In this document: in pieces, positions 11,899 through 25,571 of the stretch | How positions within the stretch are numbered: the stretch's first letter is position 1 | Layout: every line of letters starts with the position of its first letter | Assembly (NCBI RefSeq): GCF_006345805.1 | Contig: NC_042997.1 | Span: forward strand, 18,972,001-19,036,000 | DNA from: Octopus sinensis | Lineage: Eukaryota | Length of the DNA stretch: 64,000 nt | Direction of reading: 5' to 3' | Notes under the pieces: generated by a model | Database searches by the model: none | What the model was told of the DNA's origin: nothing | What the model saw: the letters and a program-made list of their open reading frames with translations, nothing else | Program-made: the position numbers and the translations under genes

Positions 11899-14800
11899 TA
11901 TAAGTATGTATGCATGTATATACTTGCACACACGTGCACACACATATATATGTATATATAACACACACATATATGTGAATGTATTTCTTTTTTAAACTTT
12001 ATGGGTATCTGAATGACCGAGAAGAACTTTATCATAGTAATAGTAAGTAAACCAGTCTTTGTTTCTTGGGGCAGAAATGACATTTTTGACCAGTAAATAA
12101 TGAATCCTCAGCTACTGAGATATAACTGAACTTTTAGATGAAGTTACATATGATTTAATCTGTGCATGTATGTATGTGTCTATTTTAGCAAATGCATATG
12201 TGTGTGTCTGTTTTAGTAATGTTGTTCTGCTGGATATTCTACTTTTTATCCTCAGCCCTTAAATAATAAGCAATGGTATTGTATCTTCTGTAAGAGTAAA
12301 ATAAATAGCTCCCTGAATAGCATTTTAACTCACCTGTCTAAATATCTATGATACTTTTAAGAACAGATTTTATTTTTCAAATTAATTGTATAAATAGTTT
12401 TAACTGAATTTTAATCTGTCCAGCTTCAACATGTCCTTTTGAAACAAAGTATATTTTTTTCATAAATACAATTTAGTGTAATTTCCTTTGAACATCTCAG
12501 ATTCGGGCCAACTGAATGTTTTCTGCAAAATATGAAGACAGGGGGATGTTAAAAAAATGGAAACAAAAACATTTGTGGTAATCTTGCTTTTTCTGAATAG
12601 AATAACAATCTAAGATACATGAAACAGGGAATCTAAAATGGGGTATACATTTTGCATGATGGATAGTTATCTTATTTTTCATGATGTTTAGTAGCATCAA
12701 AATATTAATTCTTAATTTAGTAATAACTTAAAATTACGGGGTTTTGCATTTTCTGAAGTTGAGAGTATTTAAATATATTTTTATGTGAAAATCTGCATTT
12801 TAACCTAGCATGTTTGATATAAAATTAGTTAAGTCAGGCCACTCCTGCATTCAGTATGTGCTGCATAATGTTTATTTTGAGATCTTTTATAACATCAATG
12901 TCATATAATTATTGTAGTTTTTGACTGTGTGTGCCAGTGTAGAATGCTGTAAGATGTCTAAAGAAGACAAAGGTAAAATTCCAGGCAAAGATTTAGATCA
13001 GCAAAGACAAAGATTAAATTACTAGATAAGCAAAATATGTCAAATGAAGACCTGAAAGTAATTTCCATGACATGATGTTTTACCCAAATCTAATCCAAAC
13101 AGACTGCTAAGAAGAATAAAATGTAATGAAAATTTTATTTTAAATAGATGTGAATTTTTGGGAAAATGGAAAGAAAATTATCAAATTTGTAAAGGAACTA
13201 TATATCAAATTAAAAATTCTTAAAAATATAAAAGGCTAATAAAAGGTTTACACATTCAAATTTTAAAATTGATAAAATAAATTTTTCACATAGAAATTAT
13301 ATATGATATAGAATACAAAGAAATGCAATTGTTAGTGTCAAAGTTTGTAGTCGGTAGATCATTAGTTCAGAATATAGGGATGATATGAAAAGTAAGGGGA
13401 GTAAATCAATATATGAAATATGTGATCTTCAAAAGGAAATATTGTGTATGATGTAGGTAATTAGAGCTGGGTAGCCTGCAGTAAGAAATAAGATGTAAAG
13501 AGAAGAATGGAAGAGACAGTATGAGCAGAAGGATATCAAAATGGAGGGCGAATAGGCATAGAAATAATAGAAATTTTTAGAAATATAAAGTGTAAAGCAT
13601 CAAGAGAAAAGGACAGATTATAAATGAAAAGAAATTTTAAGGAAAAGTTTGGATGAGTGAAAGCAAAATGAAAGGAATAAATAGAAGAATAGATAATTTC
13701 AAAGAAGAAACAAAAGAGAAGAAAAGAAACATTGTTTGAAAGAATGAAAGAAGGTAAAATAGTTGAATGATGTATTAAAGACAGAAAATACGGAAGAAGT
13801 GGTTTATCACAAGACATGAACTAAAAGAAACTCAAGCAAGAAATAAGGAACAGGTTAAAGGTGGTGTGGTAAAGGAAGGTAAGATGGTGGAACAGAAAAG
13901 ATTGGGAGAATAAGGGATGAATAAGTAAGTATATTGGGCTAAGAATGACAGCCAAATTATACAAATGAAGCAATAACTGAAAGAGTTTAAAGAAGGGACT
14001 GGGGAAGCTGAATGAGGAATGTCATAAGAAAAGTAAAGGTACTTGTCAAGAAACAAATGGTGTAGTAAGAGCTAAAAGAAAATACATGACATTATGCTTA
14101 TAAAAGTTGAATATAAATGTTTCTAAAAAACGATAAAATTGAAAAGCGGGGCTTCTGTTTTGTGTGGAGAATAAATAGTTAAAAATAATAAAAGTAAAAG
14201 AATGCTTGCATTTTTAAAAAAGATGCAAATGCATAAAAAAACAGGCTGAAGCAGAAAGTAAATTATAAATTCAATAAAAGGTAGGATGTTGTTGTTGTTG
14301 TTCTTGTTGTTGATAGTGGTGGTGGTGGCGGCGGTGGTAGTGGCGGCGGTGTTGGATTGTTTACATAAAAATGCTTTTGTATAAAATGATTGATAAGTAA
14401 TGAGAAAACGATTTGTGTGCAAAGAAAACATTTTTATGTGAAGGAATATTTAGTTGTAAGGAAACTATTTGCATATAAATAGGAAAAATCAGTTGCAAGA
14501 CAAACATTTGGGCATAAAGAAGCTTTGTTGTAGGAACAAACATTTAGATGAAGTGAAGAAATCAGACCATAAATATATGAAAGAGTAAAAATTATATGGA
14601 AAATGATATTGTTATAAGTAACATTTTTGTTATTTAGAGAATATACTTTAACAGAACTCTAATATGTCAGCACATACCTTATCTCATATAAAAAAAAGTT
14701 ATTTGGATGAATGATTAACCACTTTATCAGTAAAGAGCTGAACCTTGATCCACACTAAGATCCATATTATGGAAGTTTCCTTCTGATTCCTTTGTAAATG

Positions 14801-14954
14801 ATTGTGGATTTAATATTGAGTATTGGAGGGAAAATTTGTAAGGATTTCAGAATCTTGCCAATCTATAAACCATGCAATATTAGTAATCTGTTAATTATTG
14901 CCTGGTTGCCAACCTTGTGCTATTAAGTTAATGTGTTTGCGTGTATGTACATAC

Positions 14955-16200
14955 CTATTTACATTTTAATAAGTAATCTTCCTTGACTGTCATCAGAGGT
15001 TTGGGGGAGAGGTAAGAGCATACTGATGAATTGTTAAATAAATGAAACTTGTCAGTTTGATTCTCATTCCTAGCTGCAGGATAGGCCCTTGCAGGCCTCA
15101 TTTTACAGCAAGATTAAATCCATGGAGATATGAATCCTATATAGTTATTCATAACTCATGCTGTATTGCCACTGTAGCAATTATCATCTCTGCTGTCAAC
15201 CTTACATCAATTGTGCTTAATAGAATAAAAGATTAAGAAGGGAAAAACTTCTGGTTGTATTTGTTCCTGTTCTATGGTCTCTGAGTTCAAATCCATTCGA
15301 ATTCAACTTCATCCATTCTGGGTCAATAAAATTAAATTGAATCAAGGCCAGAGTAGTGCCAAACAAGAAATCTTGTTCCCAGCTCTTTATGTTCTGTGTT
15401 CTTGGATGGTAGACTTAAATCATCATCTGGTTTAACTCCACAACATGGTCCTTGGGTGTCTTTTAGCGAAGTCTGTTCTGTTGGGGGAGAGATGAGAGTA
15501 TGCTGATAAATTGTTAAATAAATGAAACTTGTTTTAGATTTGAGGGAGTATCTTCTTTTCTTTTCCTCTGCCTTAGAGGCCCTGAGAACCAAGAGGGTCA
15601 TTGAAGCTACTCTTACAACCTGATTAAGTTTTTAAGTAAAGTAAAAGAAACATGTTTACATTTTAATAAGTAGAATTTAGTTTTTATCATACACATAGGC
15701 GCAGGAGTGGCTGCGTGGTAAGTAGCTTCTTTACCAACCACATGGTTCCGGGTTCAGTCCCACTGCGTGGCACCTTGGGCAAGTCTCTTCTACTATAGCC
15801 TCGGGCCGACCAAAGCCTTGTGAGTGGATTTGGTAGACGGAAACTGAAAGAAGCCCGTCATATATATGTATATATATATATATATGCGTGTGTGTGTTTG
15901 TGTGTCTGTGTTTGTCCCCCTAGCATTGCTTGACAACCGATGCTGGTGTGTTTATGTCCCCGTTACTTAGCGGTTTGGCAAAAGAGACCGATAGAATAAG
16001 TACTGGGCTTACAAAAGAATAAGTCCCGGGGTCGAGTTGCTCGATTAAAAGCGGTGCTCCAGCATGGCCGCAGTCAAATGACTGAAACAAGTAAAAGAGT
16101 AAAAGAGAGAGAGAGTTTGGGTTGAGGAGGTGAGTGAAACCTGATGAATTGCTAAGTAACAATGAAACTTGTCAGGTTTGATCATTAAAAAGCCCTCTCA
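14955..16200 (+). repeat. Three degenerate copies of a ~60-150-bp unit containing a CTGATGA...GAAAC TT GTC motif
   Basis: Copies at ~14997-15062, ~15481-15543 and ~16114-16183. Upstream TTTACATTTTAATAAGTA is shared by copies 1 and 3; copy 3 is split by the SINE at 15695. Confidence 0.7.
15695..16105 (+). mobile_element. SINE family A, young full-length copy
   Basis: ATAGGCGCAGGAGTGGCTGCGTGGTAAG head with CpGs retained, central microsatellite, AAAAGAGT tail. Confidence 0.92.
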
Positions 16201-16989
16201 TGAGTCTCAATTTCATTGTAATGCTAAAAGGGCTGTTGAAAAGTGTAGAGCACTGATATATGTGAAGCCCATGGTCAAGTTTTTTTTATGCTATTTAGTA
16301 GGACCTAGTTGCATTCATTGACACAGTTCAAATTCCATTGGAATAGAAAAGTATACTAGAATTATATGGAGGAGCAATTCAACTGACAACGCATGAATTT
16401 TAGCATTGCAAGAAATCCTTACGCTACTTCTACTACAACTATAACTCCTCCTTCTCCTTTGACTACCAATACTGTTATTACTACAACCTCATCCCTATCA
16501 TCATTATTAACACCACTACAACTGATGATAATGATGATGATGATGATGACGAAGACGAAGAGGACGACGACGATGAGGATGATAATGATGATTTATTTTA
16601 TAGACATCTTTATCATTATCTTTTTTATACTTAGTAATTTTATTAACAATTCTTATTTCCTGTATCAGCTTGTTTTCATGACAAGAGAAATTAGACATTT
16701 CCACTTCTTTGTCTCTGGTAACAGGATGCCACCGTATTTCCTCATATTTCATCTTATCAAAACCAATTTATAGACAAGATTGAGAAGATAGAAGTTAATT
16801 TTGTTGTCTTCCTTTCATCAAACGGTTGGTGTGTTCCTTATTTAAGATATTTTCTTACCTAATATACATATATAAGTCACTCCTATGTAGCACTATAAGG
16901 TACACATTCAGATTTATATTTGATAAATTTAATAAATATTTACTAATTATGTAAATTACATCCAGACACTCCAGCTGATGCATTGATGA

Positions 16990-17250
16990 GACCTCCAAGC
17001 AAATTTCTATTAAAGTAGAGTTTCACAGCATGGTTGACCAAGTCAAATCTGAATTTCAGAAAATTATTAGCATTGACCTCTCTAAAGGCATTCAATAGGC
17101 TTAACAGAAACCATTAATGCCAAGCCCCTCTCAGATATTCCTGAACTCAGAAAAATCCATTACTGCTAAACCTTTCAAATAAACTACTGAAGTATACAGG
17201 ACGACCCATTCCATCTTTGAAAGAAAGTGAATTGAAACTTTCTGTCAATA
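16990..17250 (+). pseudogene. Ancient non-LTR RT remnant (CR1/L2-like)
   Basis: ATTGACCTCTCTAAAGGCATTCAATAGGCTTAAC at ~17072 gives IDLSK/AFNRL across a 1-nt frameshift (RT motif IDLSKAFD). Confidence 0.5.
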
Positions 17251-17578
17251 GAATATCATGAAATAGTCAAAGCCTCTCAAAACAAATTCACTTGCCAGTA
17301 CATAAAATATATTGAAATCCTTCACTGTGTATTCTTGCACATACTTGTCTATGCATTCACATCTACATACATTTTTGGATTCTACATGTTATTTGGATCT
17401 GTGTGGTTGAAAAGCTTGCTTTGCGAACCATATGGTTTTAAGTTTGATCTCCTTACATGATATCATTTGAAAGTGTCTTCTACTCTCGCCTCAGGCCAAC
17501 CAAAGCCTTGAGAATGGATATAGTAGATGGAAACTGAAAGAAGCCCAACATGTATATATTTATGTGTGTGTCTGTCTA

Positions 17579-17651
<73 letters not shown>

Positions 17652-17728
17652 GTCTGTCTGTCTGTCTCTCTCTCTCTATATATATATATGTATGTATGTA
17701 TATATTATATATATATATAATATATATA

Positions 17729-17771
<43 letters not shown>

Positions 17772-17789
17772 ACTGGTGCTCTGTTTATT

Positions 17790-18035
17790 ACAACAATGAG
17801 GGTTCCAGGTGATCTAATCAACAAGGATGCCACCTTGGGAAATTAACCTGCAAGTAACTGAGCACTCCAGAGACATGCATACCCTTGGTATAGTTCTCAG
17901 AGAGATTCAACATGACACTGAATGAAACAAAGTTGGCCTTTTGAAATACAGATACTACTCATTTTTGCCAGCTGTGTGGACTGGAGAAATGTGAAGTAAA
18001 ATGTCTTGCATAGAGGCACAACACACCACCAGGAA
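17790..18035 (-). mobile_element. Degenerate SINE with a CORE-like central domain
   Basis: Minus strand GCAAGACATTTTACTTCACATTTCTCCAGTCCACACAGCTGGCAAAAATGAGTAG resembles the CORE-type SINE domain. Confidence 0.45.
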
Positions 18036-20289
18036 TATACATACATATATATACATATGTGTGTGTATTCTACGTAAAAAGAACTGGTACTGGTGCCACA
18101 TAAGAAGCACTGGTGAAAGTGCCATGTAAAAAGCACCCAGTACACTCTGTTAAGTATCTGACATTAGGAAGGACATCCAGCTGTAGTAACTAAGTACCAA
18201 AACAGACTATAAAACATGGAGTGATCCCTGGCCTTGTCAGTTTCTGTCAAGCTATTCAACCCATACCAGCATAGAGAACGGATGTAAAATGATGATGATG
18301 ATGATATATTTATAATATATCTCCATTCACTCATTCATTCATTCATTCATTTGTTCAACTTCTTTTTTCCAATACATTTCAGGTAAGATTTTACAGCTAC
18401 TTCCAGTGAGTACTCAAGCAAACTTTGAGTTATCCTTCTCAGATCACTAAGGAGTTAACACTATGATTTGAACCTATAACAAATACTGACACGTAGTTAA
18501 TCCAACTAATCAAATTTTTTTCAGAACTTTATCATCTTAAGCTGACAGCAATATTAGTCTTACAAACTCATTTTAAATCAAAATATTCAACATTTGTTTA
18601 TCTTTCATAAATGGACATTATCTTACATACAAATGAATCATTAAAAATAAATCAGTTTCATAAGAAATGTTAGTACAATATACTCTATCTGATTACATTT
18701 TCTTTTAATATTCAGCACAAAATTTTAATTTTCCTATGAACTAAGATACAAAATTTAAGCTGTCTCTTCTGAAAATGTCAAATTCAATTTACTTGATGAG
18801 TGAAAGAAGAAAGCAGAGGTACAAAGCAAATAAAAAGTCCTGCTATTTTTGTATTTCTGAAACCTGCATCTAAAAGTGTTCAAAGATAATATCCAGTGAT
18901 ATTGGTTAGTAAAATTTTATTGGTTAGTAAAATTTATCCCAGTGAAATTAAGTAGTGTTTTTGGGAACTTGATATTCTACATTTTCCTCCTAAGTTAATG
19001 TTAATGATCCATTCTTGTATAGTTGACTTTGAGGTAAAACAACTATGGATGTATACTAAGCATAATGCAGTTATATTTCTGTTGGTTGATCAGCACAGGA
19101 TCATAAAGATAAGTTCTTAGGCGGTTGATATTGTTGACTCTCTTTAAGATAAAGGACTGCTTATTACAGGTAGCTATGAAACGTTGCTAAATACAAGAGA
19201 GATTCGTTCTATTTATTCATAACGAATTCTAATATTGATACAGGGCAACAAATTTGGGGACATGCATAATCAATTAAATCAACCCCAATACTTGACCAGT
19301 ACTTTATTTTATTGACCACTAGGATGAAAGATAAAGTTGATCTTTGCAGTATTTGAACTTAGAATATAAAGGGCTGTGACTAAATATTCACATCAATTTA
19401 TCCAATGCTCTACCTTCATGCTGTAAATCATCAAATGACAAGTTAACGTCCCAGTTAATTTGATTCTCCTGAATTTATTTATCTTTTTACTGCCTCGTTA
19501 TCTACTCTACTGCAAATCAATGAACCATGAAATGTTCAAGAGATTACCTAATGAACAGCTCAGTGTCAATGATGGATTAGGAATTCATTACTCTTCAAAT
19601 GAAATGCTAATGCATCAATTACTCTGGTTTTACATACCATCACCAAAAGCCTGAGAAAACTGAACACGTATACCTTAGTGTATGAGATCTAAAATATCTT
19701 AGTCTTAATCCTTTAATTTGTACATGGTGAGATAATTTGCGATTAGGACAATGTTTACTGCAATCATTTATTCAAGACTGAATAGTGTTGGTGATGTTGT
19801 TATTGGTGTTGTTTAATTCCAAGATTTGCCTTTATTCACCAGATCTATTATCCATGCACTTTCAGCTTTATATTCTTTTGGTGAAAATATAGGATTACAT
19901 TAACTATGTTTTACTGATAATGATATAGTGAAGTGTGACTTAAAGGATATTTGATTGTTACTTCTAGATGGTTGAGTGGCCATGTAGAGTCTTTTTTCTG
20001 AAATAATTGTAACAATTACAATAGCTTTAGCATGGAGTTACATTTTTTTCCCCCGTTCATTGCCATAGTCATTAATGTTAGATATTTTTTCTTTCTTCTT
20101 ATGGAAAATTGACATATCATCAACAAAGATTTCAGCAATATAGCAAAGAAACTAGTCAGTGAGATCCTCATCCCAAGCTTCCAAAATACTTGGTAGAGTC
20201 ACTGCAGTACAGTGAGCAATGAAACAAGACTACTATTAATACACCAGTACTCTGATAGTAATTGTCAAGTTGTCAGTCTTGTAGCATTA

Positions 20290-20490
20290 TGGCAGAAACG
20301 TTGGCATGCTGGGTGAAATGCTTAGCTGTATTTTGCCTATCTTTACATTCTGAGTTCAAATTCTACCTAGGTCAACTTTATCTTTCATCCTTCTGAGGTT
20401 GATAAATTAAGTACCAGCTGCATACTGAGGTCGACCTAATCGACTGGCCCCCTCCCCCAAAATTTCGGACCTTGTGCCTAGAGTAGAAAA
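20290..20490 (+). mobile_element. Older SINE family B-related copy, followed by a second SINE head
   Basis: TGGCAGAAACGTTGGC...GAGTTCAAATTC...CTTTCATCC...GATAAATTAAGTACC. Confidence 0.75.
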
Positions 20491-20774
20491 TGTATATACA
20501 TTGTGAAGCAGAGAGCTGGCAAATTTGCTAGACTGTTAGACAAAGTGTCTTAAGGTACTTATGTTCCGAGTTCAATTCACACTGAGGTTAATTTTTGTCT
20601 CTCATCCTTCCTGGAATCAATGACATAAGCTACTGTCCCATCCCTTAAATCTGCTGTCTTATATCTAAATCAGAAGCAGTTATGTATATAAATTGTGACT
20701 AGGCATATAATTATTTACATTTTTACAAGTCATGTTAAGCAATTATTTCTTTAGTAGTAGAGAAATTATGAATA

Positions 20775-21205
20775 CCTCAATAATCATAGAAATTGAATGT
20801 AGCTATGTGATGAGAATTTATTTCCAAATCATATGGTTCTGTGTTGAGTCATACTGTGTGGCACCTTGGGCAAGTGTCTTCTACTATATCCTCATACCAA
20901 TCAAAGCCTTGTGAATGGATTTGGTAGACAGAAACTGAAAGAAGCCCATCATATATCTATATGTGTATGTGCGTGGGTGTGTGCATGTGGGTGTGTGCCT
21001 GTGTGTGTGTGCATGCATGTGTGTATGTGTGTCTGTCTGCCCCCCCCACTACTTGACAATTAGTGTTAGTGTGTTTACATCTCCATAACTTAGTGGTTCA
21101 GCAAAAGAGACTGATAGAATAAATACTAGGCTTTGACTAAAATTCCAAGGCAGTTCCCCAGCATGACAGTAGTCCAATAACTGAAACAAATAAAGATAAA
21201 AAGAT
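20775..21205 (+). mobile_element. SINE family A, degenerate
   Basis: GGCACCTTGGGCAAGTGTCTTCTACTAT...GGATTTGGTAGACAGAAACTGAAAGAAGCCC, (TG)n, tail. Confidence 0.8.
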
Positions 21206-23244
21206 ATATTAAGAATAGCTTATTAGTTTAAAATATGATTCACATTAACTCGTGCTTTCATATAAAAAATGTTTACCAGAAGAAGAAACCTGATATAATT
21301 TAAGAAGTCTTACTATCCTTGTATTTAATGTGCACCATTAATTAATTTTTTGCCTTCATGCATAATTTTTACATTAATTTCAGAAACTAAGAGTGTTTTA
21401 AGATTATATTAATAGGTAGTATAAAAAATTTTATGTAGCTGAAATTATCCATTTATATTCTCAAAATGTGTAGATTCAGTCAGTGAATTCTAGGGCTGGA
21501 AAAAATATTTCTTATGAAGGTCAGAAACAATATAAAGGAAAAAAAAATTCAAAAGTACAATAAATATTGCCCATATAAATCAATACATCATAAGTAATGA
21601 ATAATCTATTAATTTCAATAACAACAAATATATTCTAACAGAATATTTTACAAGAATTTCATTTGGATTGGCAGCTTGTTAGTTTAAATTTAAACCAAAT
21701 AAAAACCAATCTTTGATAAGAAGAATATAAGGCAGTCTGACTAGTCTTAGAAAAGGAGACAATGAAACATAAAAGGTGTAATTTAGGATGACAATGTGGC
21801 TAATGTAGTATGACTAGTATCAAAAGAGTGGGTGTTAGAATGGCTGACTTCTCTTGTCTGAAATCTAAAGCTTCAAATAATCAGTAATTGAAGGTGACAA
21901 TGTCTGTAAAAATCGGTTATCGTTTTGTGTTGTTTTTTTGTTTTTATATAGAAAAATAAAAGACTTTTGCATATTTTTGTTCAGGTTCTTTGATTGAAAT
22001 ATTCATTAAAGCACTTGCATAATGTTTCTGATTAAATGGTAAAGAATTTGGGTATTCTTTGGGATGAATGTATAATCTCACTAATGAAATTTAAGAAAAA
22101 AAAATGTTTCCATTCTTTTGAAAAATATGACAAGCAATCAACGTATTTGTGAGCAAATTGAAATCTCAGAATCTTTAGACATTAAGAAAATTTTATGGTT
22201 TGAGAAGAAAAGAAATAAATAGAAACTTTTGTTTTATTATACAATGACTATATAGAAGTCTATTCACACTTCCATTGATAACATTAGAAAAATGCTGTAA
22301 AGTACATACAAACACAGGAACTGTTTAATATTTCATTGTCTATTGCTATATAATATGAAAACTTAGCCAGATATGTATATAAATATATATGTAAACCTGT
22401 TTCTTAAATTGAAATTCCAGTGTGGTCACAAACTTCATTAAACTTGTCCCTTTAAGATGCTACAAGAAACATTTCATGTTGTACTGAAAACTTTGAAGAC
22501 TTCTTATGATCATCAAATGCTTTAAGTGAGGCTAAGCTATGTAAATTAACAAGCTTATAATCCTTATTTTAAGACATGCATATCCATTACAATCCATTTT
22601 TCTATACAGGTTGTATTATAACTTTAGGTTAGATAAATTTAATCTAGGTACTTTAAACATTGTAACAAGGAGCGTATACCAATCCTATTTCAAGAAAGAA
22701 TGAGGCAGCTGTGAAAAGCATCCAGCTGTAAAACTCCAGTGATTCAAAAATACATTTTAGTTCCAATTTAAAGAGCTGACAAACCCATATCCACAGAAAG
22801 GATTGAACATAGAATGAAAATAATAAATCGATTGCACTGCGTCTACATCTGCTGGCTTTTTCTTTTTTTCCTAATTTAAATATTTAAATTTAACCACATG
22901 CTCACAACACTCAGGTAGAGGGAAAAAAAGACAAACTAACTGATCTATAATCAGTATGAGAGAGAGGGGGAAGGGAGAGAAAGAAAGAGAGGGGATGGAG
23001 AGAGAAAGAGAGGGAGAAAGAGAGAGAGAGAAAAAAACTGCATAAGACAATTCATAATAAATTGCACTATAAATGTATATTATATAATTCAGAAAAGATC
23101 AGTGAGTGTCTGTGTGTGTATATGTATACACACACACATGTATTTATACATGCACATATATGCATGCGTGTACACACATGCACACATACACACAGACATG
23201 TATGTATGTATATATGTATGTATGAATGTATGTATGAATGTATG

Positions 23245-23285
<41 letters not shown>

Positions 23286-24942
23286 TCATGTATATATATA
23301 TATATATGTACGTATGTATGTATGCATATATATGCAAATACATATATGTATCTATCTATCTATCTATCTATATATATATATATATATATATATTCACATA
23401 CATATATACATACACACATATATATATGTAGGTACACACACATACATGCACACACGCACACATACACACATATGCTTATGTGTGTACAATCGCAGACAAT
23501 AATAATATATTTGTAGCAGAAAAAATGGGAAGGAAAGAAAAACTTAAGTAAGAAGAAAAAAAAAACAACTTTTTAGAGCTAAGTCATGTCAAGTTTAAAT
23601 TAAGTTTGCTGCCATGAAAATATGCAACAAGAAAGTACATAATGACATCTATATTAATAAAAATGCTTTTTTTTCTTTATTTTCTTATTTTCTTATTTAA
23701 GAGATAGAGAATGTCTGATAATGTCAGTTACACCATTATAACTAAGACAGAATCTTGTATGCATAATATTCTGCAGTGTAGGACTATGCAGTTTATTATT
23801 GAATATATGCAGACTCTGATTATGGCAACCCATCCAACCCATGCCAATATGGAAAGCAGATGTAAAACAACAATGATGATGAGGATGAGGATAATGATGA
23901 TGGTGATGATGATGATGATGAGGATGATGGTGATGATGATGTGGTGATGATGATGATTCATAGATATTGTTTCAGTAAATTACTGTGGCTACAACTCTAT
24001 GTGATGTTTATTATATTATTTTGGGCACTAAAGCCAGTAGAAATGGTAGAGTATAGCAAAGAATCTTTTATGCTATTTAATTATCAGATTTTATGGTCTG
24101 AGTTCAAATTTTTCTTTGCAGGTGGTTGTGGTGGGGAATTCACCTTGTATACGCCAAAGCTGATTAAATAAAATGCAGTCAAGTACTGAAGTTGATTTAG
24201 TTGACTATAGAGTAACCAGAGCAAAGGTAATCATATCACTAGGGTACAGGCAATATTTAGGCAGTTGCTCTTATTGTTTAGCCCCAGAACAGCTTTGATG
24301 AAGCAGACCAAAACGAATTCTAGCTGTGACAAACACCTATTTTTTCTTTGGTTTGTTTTTTCATATACAGCATATTCAGGCTCACATCTTATGTACCCAT
24401 TTTTTACTAAAGTTTGGTGGCTATTACTAGCAGATCAAGCAACTCCATAGAAACTTCTTTGATGGCTTATTACTCAAGTGGTAAAACAGGATGAACTAAC
24501 TCACTTATTTATATGATACATTGTGAAACAGTTCACTGCATTTAACTATAGTTGCATAATACATCATACAATATAATATGGTATAATTAACTACAAATGT
24601 GAAGATGATGTGATTTATTATCTTATATAATATGGCATAGTATCTTTCACTGATTTTTGTAATATGCAGTGATATGATTCCCTACATGGTATTCTTTTAT
24701 TATTTTACTTGTTTCACTCATTAGACTATGGCCATACTGGGGCACTTAGTCAACTGAGTCAATCCCAGTACTGATTTTTTTAAAGCCTGGTACTTATTCT
24801 ATTGGTTGCTATTACTGAACTGCTAAGTTTTGGGGATGCAAACACACTAACACTGGTTGTCAAGCAGTGGCCAAAGGTGTGGCATGGAAGACAAAAACAC
24901 AGATACAAAGACATACACACACACATATATGTATATATATGA

Positions 24943-25187
24943 ATATTTATTACTGGAGAAGGCTGGTTTATAGGGTTACTCTGGGTTTCTCACCATAAAG
25001 GGTACCTTTATAGTATATCTTCAGACCCTAAGACTTGATGGCCTATGGCCTCTTTAAAATATTGCTCCATATTTTAAAGAGGCCATAGGGCAACAGATCT
25101 TGAGGTCTGAAGATATACTATAAAGGTACCCTTTATGTCTTAAAACCCAGGGCAACTCTATAAACCGCCTTCAACAGTAGTAAATAT
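24943..25187. mobile_element. 245-bp fold-back element whose arms are inverted hammerhead-containing repeats
   Basis: Arms of ~120 bp around the 6-nt loop TGCTCC (25063-68), for example GGCCTATGGCCTCTTTAAAATAT / ATATTTTAAAGAGGCCATAGG. Confidence 0.85.
24971..25030 (-). ncRNA. Type I hammerhead ribozyme (candidate)
   Basis: Minus strand: UAGGGU CUGAAGA ua[uacuauaaagg uac ccuuuauggug]a GAAAC ccaga GUA ACCCUA. Stem I is 6 bp perfect, stem II 11 bp with G-U pairs, stem III 2 bp, site GUA. Confidence 0.6.
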
Positions 25188-25257
25188 AGACTGCCCAACT
25201 CCTTAGAGTGTGCTTTTTCTCTGGATTTATGTGTTTCTAAACAAACGATATATATAT

Positions 25258-25545
25258 TGTTAGGGCAGTGGACTCGCAGTCATAGGATTGCGGTTTCGAT
25301 TCCCAGACCGGGTGTTATGAGTGTTTATTGAGCAAAAACACCTAAAGCTCCACGAGGCTCTGGCAGGGGTGGTGGCGGTCCCTGCTGTACTCTTTCGTTA
25401 CAACTTTCTCTCACTCTTTCTTCTGTTGGCCAGCTCACTTAGCCAGTGGGGTGGCGTCATTTGAAGGCTAAAACAATGCGAAGAGCATTGTGACCAGCGA
25501 TGTGTAGCAACATCTGATAGTCTGGTCAGTCACGATGACGATGAT
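25258..25545 (+). mobile_element. tRNA-derived SINE (family C), 5'-clipped
   Basis: GTTAGGGCAGTGGACTCGC...GGTTTCGATTCCC B-box and a (GAT)n tail. Confidence 0.6.
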
Positions 25546-25571
25546 GATATATATATATATATATATACCAT

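Noticed and set aside
15020-15062. C/D-box snoRNA reading of CTGATGA
   Set aside because: No CTGA D box and no terminal stem.
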